Shown here in pieces: positions 1 to 8,340 of a stretch of 12,845 bases of DNA. Under the pieces are notes generated by a model. It did no database searches. It had not been told where the DNA came from and saw only the letters and a list, made by a program, of their open reading frames with translations. The DNA is from Octopus sinensis (Eukaryota), in NCBI RefSeq assembly GCF_006345805.1, contig NW_021826365.1, forward strand, positions 1 to 12,845, given 5' to 3'. The translations under genes were made by a program, and so were the position numbers. The number at the start of each line of letters is the position of its first letter. Within the stretch, counting starts at the first letter, position 1.

Positions 1-100
1 GGCTTACAAAGAATAAAGTCTCGGGGTCGATTTGCCCGACTAAAGGCGGTGCTCCAGCATGGCCGCAGTCAAATGACTGAAACAAGTAAAAGAGTAAAAG
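1..100 (+). mobile_element. 3' tail of SINE family B (cut by window start)
   Basis: About 90% identical by manual alignment to 12749-12845, the 3' end of the B copy at 12431-12845. Ends in short (GTAAAAGA) tail repeats. Confidence 0.85.
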
Positions 101-127
101 ACTATATATTTTTTTTTTCAAGAATGC

Positions 128-190
128 ACGAGATTTGACTGCTACTTCTAGCAAGTTGAGCGACCAGGAAGAAGATCCGTCATTGACTGG
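128..190 (+). repeat. Short degraded SINE-tail fragment
   Basis: GAGATTTGACTGCTACTTCTAGCAAGTTGAGCGACCA resembles GGTTGCTGCTCTTTCTAGCAGACTGACAGACCA at about 8567-8600, the tail of the element at 8341-8600. Confidence 0.45.
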
Positions 191-769
191 TGCGTCATAA
201 AAGAGAGAGAAAAGAACACAAAGGTAAAAATCAGCCGCTAATAGAGATATTCAGATTTCTGTACCCGACGGACAGTTAATTAGCCAAAAACGCACGTATG
301 TTTGACAGATACCCGAATACCTCCATATGTTAAAACAAGTGCTTAGTTAACCATAAAATATTGTATGCTTTCGACAAATTAACTTAACCATATGTAACCA
401 TATGTTTCATCATATTACTGACACACACAACGATATTTACTAGTTCATCTGCCACCTACATACTACGACATAGTTGCACATATCTCCATAAGTGTTACTA
501 TTCTCAACATTGTATGTATATATGTATATGTATGCATTTTGTGTGCGTATATGTATAATGAGGAGGAGGAAGAGATGTGCTTGGGTGGGGTGGGTGTGTA
601 TTTTTGTGTTTGTTCGTAAGAGCAAGGCTTTCATATGCAGACTAGAGTATTCAATACTTCAAGAAGAAATATTGAGGCCAATTTACAGAGTTAAGTTACT
701 CATGTTTTGTTCATGGCCAAACTGAAAGACGATATGTTATGAACTCTGAAAGCTAGTAAGTAATCAATA

Positions 770-832
770 ACATATTATAATATAACATAACACAACACAA
801 CACAACACAACACAATATTATATTATATTATA
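770..832. repeat. (ACACA)n/(TATTA)n pentanucleotide microsatellite
   Basis: Directly visible. The TATTA register resumes at 1187, after the Helitron. Confidence 0.9.
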
Positions 833-1186
833 CTAGCAATATGACCCGCGTTGCCGGGTCATAGTGCTAGTGCATGCATATACAGCTGCGTGCGTGCGCA
901 CATACACACGAGTACTGTCCAAATCTCTGGCCATTCACATACAGCTAGCTGGCATTCAATTGGCGTATCAAGTTTTGATTGGGTTTTGGATAGAAAATTT
1001 ACAAAAAAGTCACTTCTATTGATTTTTTAATGGCTTTGCGGGGTGACTAGGTAAGTGTAAAGATGTGCACGACCACCCTTGGATGGTTTTGAATGACCAT
1101 AGAAAGTGCGAGTCCTCTAACTGAAAAATTGCGGATTTGTATAAAGGACACGCACACAGACATTTTGCCGTTTATAAAAATATAGA
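833..1186 (-). mobile_element. Non-autonomous Helitron (rolling-circle element), apparently full length, 354 bp
   Basis: On the - strand it starts with TC (TCTATATTTTTATAAACGG) and ends with CTAG, preceded by the GC-rich hairpin TATGACCCG-GCAACG-CGGGTCATA. It sits between host A and T with no TSD, inside a (TATTA)n tract. These are canonical Helitron hallmarks. Confidence 0.85.
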
Positions 1187-1200
1187 TTATATTACTGTGA

Positions 1201-1406
1201 GGTAGCCAGCTGGCAGAATTGTTAGCACACCGCGCAAAACGCTTAGCAGCATTTTGTTCGTCTTTACTTTCTGAGTTCAAATTCCGCCGTTGACTTTGCT
1301 TTCATACTTTGGGGGGGTCGATAAAATAAGTATCAGTTTAGCACTAGGGTCGACTTATCCCTTCCCCCAATATTGCTGGTCTTGTACCAAAAGTTGAAAA
1401 CAGTAT
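1201..1406 (+). mobile_element. SINE family A copy (tRNA-like head, central GCCTTTCATCC..GGTCGATAAA..AAGTACCAG block)
   Basis: Colinear with the copies at 7558-7771 and 11751-11978. A-box-like TGGCAGAATTG and B-box-like GAGTTCAAATTCC. Confidence 0.85.
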
Positions 1407-1479
1407 CATATAATATATTGGTGACATATACATTATATTATATTATGTTATATAATTGACTAAAGGCAGGTACTGACTA

Positions 1480-2610
1480 GGTTCCCTTGAGAAACAAAGG
1501 GTGAGAAACAAAATAGAAAACAGAGAAAGACAAGGCACTACAGAAAGAGGAGGAAAATGGTGGGGAAAACCCAGGTGGTAGGGCAGCAGGGCCGACAAAG
1601 ACAATGGTTGTCATAGAAGAAATTTCAAGGAAATCTCAACTGGAATGACATACGACAATACAACTCATGTTTGAATCAGCTTCATCCTTAGATTTGCATA
1701 TAACCTTTTGCTTTTGAGTACAAGGCAAGTGAAATAAGGTAACCATGTGTACCCGCTCTATAAAGCAATCAAACAATGAAAGTTTTCCCGATCTCATGCA
1801 AAGACGTACTCGTCTAAAAGAAGTACGCTCCGAAGTACCGTCAGGTGCATAAAGGATCGTAGATGTGATTTGCTAGAGTACACCACCTGAAGCTCTATCA
1901 ATATTTTATGCAGCATTTCGTCCGTCTTGACGTTCTGAGTTCCTCTGCGGCCGATTTTACCTTTCATCTTTTCGAGAGTCGATAAAATAAGTACCAGCTG
2001 AGCACTGGGGTCGATGTAATCGTTTTAACCCCTCAACCAAAGTTTCTGACTGTGCCAAAATGCGAAACGAATATTTTAAGTGGCAGGCGACGAAAAAATC
2101 ATAACCTGAAACATCCGTGAAAATCAGAAACAAGAATTGATGGATGAAGAATATGATCGGAAAAGCATAGAAAACCATCCAGAATGGAAAACAAGTCATC
2201 CAGAAACCAACAACAAGCGTATAATGAAACCGGATATTGTATTCCCCTCACTTTCATCAAAACAGAATTGCTGGAGCCTCAGACGAGATGGTATTTGTAT
2301 GCCAATTTTGTGTTCTGTCTTCTAGGGTGGTGATTCTCATAGGAATAACTGCGCCATGTGACAGCAACTTAGAGGAAGTCCACAGCTACAAGACTATAAA
2401 GCATTCATGTTTAGACAACAGCTTAAAAGGATTTGGCTTAAAACTAATGTCCTCGCTATAGAGGTGAAAAGGAGGGATTAGAGTCAAAAGTATTTATGAT
2501 CACATGAAACAGTTCTCAATTTCTGGAGAAAAGAAGACCAGAACTCTAAACGCAAGTGTAGAAACTGCAGTAAAGATTTCCAACTTGATCTAGGTAAGAA
2601 AGAACAAAAG
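1480..2610 (+). mobile_element. Decayed 3' half of a HERO-like RLE non-LTR retrotransposon (zinc knuckle and restriction-like endonuclease region), interrupted by a SINE
   Basis: Manual translation across frameshifts and stops gives ordered motifs: GQQGRQRQW, LNWNDI (about 1635), ISFILRFAYNLL (1675-1710), QTM..SCK (degenerate CCHC region), SLRRD (about LRPD), VILIGITAPCDSNLEEVHSYK, KTNVLAIEV, KKTRTLNASVETAVKISNLI*VRK. These match recalled HERO-clade motifs (ISFLIRSVYDLLP; LRPD..IELTVPWEE..EAHERK; PVEVGCRG). Confidence 0.7.
1910..2075 (+). mobile_element. SINE family A copy, 5'-truncated and diverged, nested in the HERO-like remnant
   Basis: Contains GTTCTGAGTT..CCTTTCATCTTTTCGAGAGTCGATAAAATAAGTACCAG..CACTGGGGTCGATGTAATCG and the TGTGCCAAAA..GAAAC tail shared with 1201-1406. 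Confidence 0.8.
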
Positions 2611-2810
2611 TGAACTCCAAAAGACAGAACCTCACTCTGCGTACAGCTGGCGTCATATATCGAAGTAGTTATAACTTTAATGCTTAGTGCAAGCTGCTGA
2701 ACACTCCATAGACGCATGACGGCTCTAAGGTAGCTCTATAACTTATAAACTACAATACCCAATCTCCGCTATACTTTTAATGGCTATTGTATATTTTGTC
2801 TCTCAAATGA

Positions 2811-3155
2811 GAGAGAGAGAGACCCCCTTCGGTCAGACACTGACCATGGGTTTGCACCTAGAGAGTTACCCTCTGAAGCACAAGTCAGGGCAAGGTTGTT
2901 TTATGGAAGACCAGCAGTCGCCCATGCATACCGGTCTCCCCTCTCCACGTCACCGATGTTGTTCAAGGGAAAGGCAAAGGTCGATACAGCTTGGCACCTG
3001 TGACGTCGCAACTCATTTCTACAGCTGAGTGAACTGGAGCAACGTGAAATAAAGTGTCTTGCTCAAGAACACAACACGCAGCCCGGTCCGGGATTCGAGC
3101 TTACAACCTCACGATCGCAAGCTCGATGCTCTAACCACTGAGCCACGCGCCTTCA
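2811..3155 (-). mobile_element. SINE family C, full length (tRNA-like head, CORE-like domain, (TC)n tail) with TSD
   Basis: On the - strand: A box TGGCTCAGTGG, B-box-like GCTCGAATCCC, CORE-like GTGTTCTTGAGCAAGACACTTTA..TGCTCCAG, then a (TC)n tail. TSD TCTCTCAAATGA at 2799-2810 and 3165-3176. Confidence 0.9.
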
Positions 3156-3279
3156 TCTCTCAAATCTCTCAAATGATAATCGATTAAACAGAAAATATAT
3201 AGCTTCTCATTTCTAATCCATTTTAATATATTATTCTTGTTTATTCCAACCATAGTCACCTTTTTTTTTTCGATTGAAC

Positions 3280-3676
3280 TACTGATGCACAGTGTTCTCG
3301 GTGAACTGGTCTAATTTTTTAAAATTTTGTTATGTTAAGTAGAATTTGCCAAAATTCCTTGGGAAGAGTCTTGTTTTTATTTCATGTCTCTCCTAATGAT
3401 TTTATCACTTCTAACTATCGTAATGATGTTATCAATTTCACGCTTGTAAACTTCAGCGTAATAGATGCTGAGATCTTTTCCTTGCTGCAGATGTTGCTTC
3501 GGTGTTACAATCTGGGTCTCATATAATGTTACTATAGAGTTAGGGCCCCGGCTGCCTTCCATGCGTGGGAAATATAAACTATTACTAAAGTTTCCAGTAA
3601 CATTGAGCAATTTCTGAGATTTAAAAGAAAGATCTACCTCTTTTAAATTCTTATTCTGATTAGTTCTGAAGGCCAA
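3280..3676 (-). mobile_element. Decayed R4/Dong-like non-LTR retrotransposon fragment (post-RT/thumb region)
   Basis: ORF 3377-3676 reads LKEVD..KSQKLLNVTGNF..SLYFPRMEGSRGPNSIVTLYETQIV..KQHL. This resembles the recalled R4-clade motif L..ID.KTRKLLT..G.FH...DRLYLPR.EGGRGL.SI..LYE..I. Confidence 0.65.
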
Positions 3677-3880
3677 ATTTAGGATACCGTTGTGGCCAGC
3701 TGTGAAGGGGAAAATAGGATGCTTCCGTGGAGAGCTCTGAAGGCCAAAGTAGAATGATGTAATGATCAGCTCTGAAAGCCAAATTTAGAAAGGTTTACTG
3801 ACGACCACAGGGCTGTTGTAGTGATCAACTCCGAAGGACAAATGTATGAGGTTGTAGCAACCAAATCAAGGCCGAAGGTG
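3662..3880. repeat. Diverged minisatellite, 35-36 bp period, about 5-6 units (core AGCTCTGAAGGCCAAA.TAG)
   Basis: Units start at 3662, 3698, 3733, 3768, 3827 and weakly 3863. Confidence 0.75.
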
Positions 3881-4151
3881 ATACAGGTACGACAAACATA
3901 TCATGTACTATATGCATGGTTTGTGCTGTGAAATTTGAAGACTCACATATTGCCCCCTCTCTCATTATTAAAGTATCCGTGTTATTCCTGGCCTCCAAGG
4001 GAAGTTTTTCAAACAGATAAGAACTTCTTCCGAGCATGCAGGTGTTTGAACTCTTAAAATTTAAGGGGTTTTTGAGGTGTTTTGTTCGCCTTAGTGAGAG
4101 GCTCCTTAAGCATTCATAAGTCCTCTGAACTATGTGATTAGGACGCAAGCT

Positions 4152-4256
4152 TCTTATTTGTTTATTGACCACAAGGGGCTAAACATAGAGGGGGCAAACA
4201 AAGACAGACAAAGGGATTAAATCGATTACATCGAACTCAGTGCGTCACAGGTACTT
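4152..4256 (-). mobile_element. 3' tail of SINE family A
   Basis: Reverse complement AAGTACCTGTGACGCACTGAGTTCGATGTAATCGATTTAATCCCTTTGTCTGTC..TGTTTAGCCCCTTGTGG aligns with 11880-11978. Confidence 0.85.
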
Positions 4257-4270
4257 CTTACCACACAACC

Positions 4271-4428
4271 ACGACGAGCTTATTTCCGTCTATCATAGCC
4301 ACTCGCAATGCTTTGGTAGGCCCGAGGCTATGGCAAAAGACATTTGCCCAAGGTTCCACGCAGAGGGAGTGAACACAGAACGATGTGGTTTGGAAGCAAT
4401 CTTCATACCACACACCCACGCTTGGGCC
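4271..4428 (-). mobile_element. 5' half of SINE family B
   Basis: Reverse complement (GTGTGTGGTATGAAG..AACCACAT..TGCGTGGAACCTTGGGCAAATGTCTT..TAGCCTCGGG..CCAAAGC..GACGGAAA) aligns with 12431-12592. Confidence 0.85.
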
Positions 4429-4429
4429 T

Positions 4430-4494
4430 GTGTATATATGCATACATGCATGGATGCATGCTTGCCTACATACTTGCATACATACATACATACA

Positions 4495-4526
<32 letters not shown>

Positions 4527-4635
4527 CATATACACACATACATACATACATACATACATACATACATACATACACACATACATACATACATACATACATA
4601 CATACATACATACATACATACATACATACATACAT
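4430..4635. repeat. (CATA)n microsatellite
   Basis: Directly visible. It is the source of the YIHT/MYVC pseudo-ORFs. Confidence 0.97.
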
Positions 4636-4780
4636 AAAGGGAAAGTTTACGAAAATAAACAAAAGACGAAGGCAGGTAGAGTACAAACAAACAAATGTAT
4701 TAGTATAGCGCTCAGGAATAGAAAAAGTATTTTAGGTTTCGAGCCTACGCTCTTCAACAGAAAGATACACAAAAAAAAAA
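4636..4780 (-). mobile_element. Short interspersed repeat carrying a Penelope-type hammerhead-like motif
   Basis: The - strand at 4727-4766 reads ATCTTT-CTGTTGA-A-GAGC-GTAG-GCTC-GAAA-CCT-AAAATA, i.e. a core variant, a 4-bp stem II and GAAA. Repeat status and boundaries are from recall and approximate. Confidence 0.5.
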
Positions 4781-5139
4781 CATACACTAATTACCATTAT
4801 TCCAGATCCATTCTCTCCTGGAACTGTAGCACCTTTCAGGACCCCATCTATGGATTAATCAGAGTTTCCCAGGTGTGGAAGGGACTCCCATTAATTTTTG
4901 ACGGAACCGTGGGGGAAGGCAGCTGTTCTAAGAGACACAAAACTTGATGTCAAAATAGTGGCAGAAATATTGCAATGCTTGTCACTGAAACCAACTATGA
5001 CGACAGAGAGAGCAGCAAATGTGTTGTACAAGCTTTTATCATATAAATCCAGTGACGTACAGATGTCTCGCTATCGCGTAATATGAGAAGGACATGATCT
5101 GACAAGATGAAGCTATCATCATCAACATTTGTCTATCTC

Positions 5140-5455
5140 GGTCCGTCTGTCAGTCAGTCTGTCAGTCTGTCTGTCAGTCTGTCTGTCTGTATGCATGTAT
5201 GTATGTATGTGTGTGTTGTGTGTGTACATACGTAAGTACGCTAGTATGTATGTATGCACGTATGTACTTACGTAAGTATTATGTATGTATGCAGTTATGT
5301 ACGTATGTATGTATGCATGCATATGTGTGTACGTACATATGTATGTGTGTATTTATGTATGTATGTACGTATGTATGTATTATTTATGTATGCAGTTATG
5401 TACGTATGTATGTATGCATGCATGAAGGTATGTGTATACGTACATATGTATGTAT
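5140..5455. repeat. Compound (GTCT/GTCA)n + (TATG)n microsatellite
   Basis: Directly visible. It contains a higher-order duplication with period about 101 bp. Confidence 0.95.
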
Positions 5456-5652
5456 GTGTTTGTCCCACACTGTTTAACGACCGGTATTGGTTTGTTTTCG
5501 CCCTCATAACTTAGCGGATTTGCAAAAAGATACCGACAGAATAAGTTCTAAGTTTAAAACTTCAAATGTACTGGAATAGATTTTACCGCCTCAAACCCTT
5601 CAAAATGTTGCTCCAGCTTAGCCGCAATTTAATGACTACAACAAGGGAAAAT
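5455..5652 (+). mobile_element. 3' half of SINE family B, diverged
   Basis: GTTTGTCCC..TAACTTAGCGG..GCAAAAAGATACCGACAGAATAAGT..GCTCCAGCTTAGCCGCA..ATGACT aligns with 12650-12840. Confidence 0.8.
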
Positions 5653-5867
5653 CTACAAGAATAATGCAATATATGTGTACGTGTGTGTGTATATGTGTGT
5701 TTTTGTAATTTGGTTATGTAATATTGTTGGACCATTATATGCAAGATAGCTAATTCTATGGTTCTATATATATGTACACGAAATTTCATTTCAAGACAGA
5801 GAAATACAATCTAGATACACGTAGATGACTATGCGTGCGTTCGTACGTGCGGGTATGAGTATTTGAA

Positions 5868-5921
<54 letters not shown>
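5868..5921. repeat. (TG)n microsatellite
   Basis: Directly visible. Confidence 0.97.
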
Positions 5922-5923
<2 letters not shown>

Positions 5924-6054
5924 GTATGTGTGCGTGCTGTGCACTCATTTAACCTCGAGAAGTCAGGTAATTATTTATCCACGTCTGTGTATGAAGAGTA
6001 TTTTTCGTGAGAGAATGTACGTGGTGTGTTTGTATGGTTGCTGTTATGTTAGGT

Positions 6055-6183
6055 ATATTATGTATATATATATATATATATATTATATATCTATATATAT
6101 AATATATATGCGTACGTACATATCAATATATATACATATATATATGTATGCGATACACATACATATATGTTATATATACGTAA

Positions 6184-6259
<76 letters not shown>

Positions 6260-6278
6260 TATATGATATATGTATATC
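6055..6278. repeat. (TA)n-rich microsatellite
   Basis: Directly visible. Confidence 0.95.
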
Positions 6279-6369
6279 AAACACACCTATGTTTGTACAC
6301 GAAAACCACCTAATCGCGTTTCTCTGCAGTCCCGCACCGCAGGATGCCGTAGAGAAAGTTAATCAACTG

Positions 6370-6650
6370 TATATACACACGCATAATAAACATACATGCA
6401 TACAAACACACACACACATATATATGCATACATACATACATATATACATACATAAATATATATTCATACACATATATATGTATATGTATATATATATACG
6501 TATGCATATTTACACACACACATTTATATACAAGTATATATGTACACACATACCCACATAGAAATCTCTCCACATACACACACACACACACGCACACACA
6601 CTGACGCACACAAATACATGCGTTTATACATATATGCATATCATACATAC
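6370..6650. repeat. Compound (CA)n/(TA)n/(CATA)n low-complexity tract
   Basis: Directly visible. Confidence 0.9.
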
Positions 6651-6899
6651 TAGCAGAGTACCTGATGTTTGTTGCTTGAGAAATAGACGACTTAGTTGGT
6701 GGCCAATCTTTTAACAAAAAAAAAAAAGTTAAGCGTGAAAATTCTGTACATTATATTGGTATATTGTTGAACATCTAGATCTAGTATATTCCTTGTAACG
6801 GAGTCGCACGGTGCAGCAGATCAGAAATGTAGGTTTTCTATCTTGATCATTGATATAAAGATTACTTTTGGCCTCAAAATTCTGGATATCCAACGTATA

Positions 6900-7142
6900 G
6901 GTTTTCACGAGGTAATCACACCAGGTACAGGTGACCTCCAAAGAAGACGTCCTTATCCTCGGTTTGTTAATCCTCCCATCTTCCATTTGCCCTATCCTCA
7001 GGTCTAAGTTTCGCCGGCTTACAAGATTAATGGACAGACTGAATGTGATCGACGCCCACCCAGCCTTGTTCCTCTTAAGGAACTGCTTCGCCATATGGAA
7101 GCTATTGTATACTCTCCACAGTACTCCTTGCTACAGCCACGT
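6900..7142 (+). mobile_element. Decayed CRE-clade-like non-LTR retrotransposon RT C-terminal fragment
   Basis: ORF 6931-7146 reads LILGLLI....PILRSK..RLTRLMDRLNVIDAHPALFLLRNCFAIWKLLYTLHSTPCY. This resembles the recalled CRE motif LLG.PI...L..K...L..RL..LDAH.ALFLLRNCF.IPKLLY.LR..PC. Confidence 0.65.
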
Positions 7143-7557
7143 ATAAACATACACACACAAACACAAACACAAACACACACACACACTCATATGTATATAT
7201 GTATATGACAATCAGTGTCCATATAAATAGGTTCTCATGTTATAGATTTATATAGGTTTGATAATTCTGTTACAATTTCCGAAAGGCATTTTGAAGTAAA
7301 GAATGATAACAACAGATGCAAAATACTGACAAGATCGTAATTTTCATACCAACTGTCAGTTCTGAAGCGATTTCTTACTAAATATAACCTTTTCCTTTTT
7401 TTTTTTTTTCTATTTTTTTCAGAGCTTCAAAACTTGTGGTAGGAAGGGCGGAAGTTATCCTTAAACAGCTTAAATGTTGGCGACAGGATAAATTCCGGTG
7501 AGAGCAGCTAAATCTAGCTGGTGGCTTTAAAGCAGGCAGCGGATTAAGTCAACTATA

Positions 7558-7771
7558 AGATGCCGAGCTGGTAGAAACGTTAGCACGCCCGGCGAAATGC
7601 TTAGTGGCATTTCGTTTGCTGCAATACGTCCTGAGTTCAAATACCGCCGAGGTCAACTTTGCCTTTCATCCTTTCGAGGTCGATAAATTAAGTATCAGCT
7701 GCGTACTGGGGTTGATCTAATCGACTGTCCCCTTTTCTCAAAATTTCGGGCCTTGTGCCTAGAGTAGAAAA
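7558..7771 (+). mobile_element. SINE family A, full length with 17-bp TSD
   Basis: Perfect TSD GGATTAAGTCAACTATA at 7541-7557 and 7772-7788. A/B-box head and central block as in 11751-11978. Confidence 0.92.
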
Positions 7772-7876
7772 GGATTAAGTCAACTATACAAGAACAAAGA
7801 GCGCAAAGAACGAGAACAAACACCAGTAGATATCTTGTTCGATGCTCCATCAATTCTATCCAGCACCTTGGACTGT

Positions 7877-8125
7877 GGAGACGCGTGGCTTAGGGGGTTG
7901 GACTCATGATCGTATGCTTGTGGTTTCGATTTATGGACCGGGTGACGTGTTGTTCTTGAACAAAATATTTCATTTCACGTTGCTCCATTCTACTCAGCTG
8001 GCAAATATGAGTAGTCCTGCGACGGACCGGCGTCCCGTCCGGGTGGGGGATATATACACTAGGAAACAGGGAAACCAGCCCTTTATAAATTGGTATGACT
8101 CGAGACGGTATCTTTACCTTTTTTA
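7877..8125 (+). mobile_element. SINE family C variant (same head and CORE-like domain as 2811-3155, different 3' half)
   Basis: GACGCGTGGCTTAG..GGACCGGG..GTGTTGTTCTTGAACAAAATATTTCATTTCACGTTGCTCCA..ACTCAGCTG..ATGAGT matches the 2811-3155 copy. It then continues CCTGCGACGGACCGGCGTCCCGTCCGGGTG and ends in a CTTTACCTTT tail. Confidence 0.8.
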
Positions 8126-8134
8126 CCACTATGG

Positions 8135-8268
8135 TCTAGTACTTGCGTTCAATCAGCCACGAAACGATGAAAAGCAATGTTGCCATCGGCAAGATTCGAA
8201 CTCAGCGCACAGAGAGCAGAGTAAACACTACACAGCATTTTGTCCAACACTCTTTCGATACTGCCATT
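8135..8268 (-). mobile_element. Family A-related SINE head, diverged
   Basis: Reverse complement has TGGCAG.., CTGAGTTCGAATC (B box) and TTGCTTTTCATC. It is an inverted homolog of 8356-8454. Confidence 0.75.
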
Positions 8269-8340
8269 TTGTTCTTTAACCCTTAAAGCAAAAAATGGAT
8301 AAGCATTCCTAGGACGACATTTTATCATTGGTTTCATTGA

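Noticed and set aside
320-410. Short repeats of (TAA)CCATATGT
   Set aside because: These are short AT-rich local duplications with no regular period or element structure.
3078-3152. Possible tRNA gene on the - strand
   Set aside because: A/B boxes are present, but there is no closed cloverleaf or acceptor stem. It continues into a CORE-like body and is bounded by a TSD, so it is a SINE head.
3798-3840. CTGACGA hammerhead core on the + strand
   Set aside because: No stem II closed by GAAA follows.
3662-3880. CRISPR array
   Set aside because: Eukaryotic context, no cas genes, degenerate repeats, and spacers that are only ~15 bp and mutually similar.
3825-4172. 115-aa ORF on the - strand
   Set aside because: It starts inside a SINE tail, ends in the minisatellite and has no recognisable motif.
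4240-4947. Longest ORF (235 aa) and overlapping YIHT/MYVC ORFs
   Set aside because: They are open only because (CATA)n lacks stop codons, and they span SINE and microsatellite sequence. The same applies to the ORFs at 5122-5514, 5871-6717 and 8800-9476.
6647-6685. Possible second Helitron 3' end (ATACTAGCAGAGTACC..)
   Set aside because: It resembles the 831-840 end, but no intact hairpin or matching TC end could be found.
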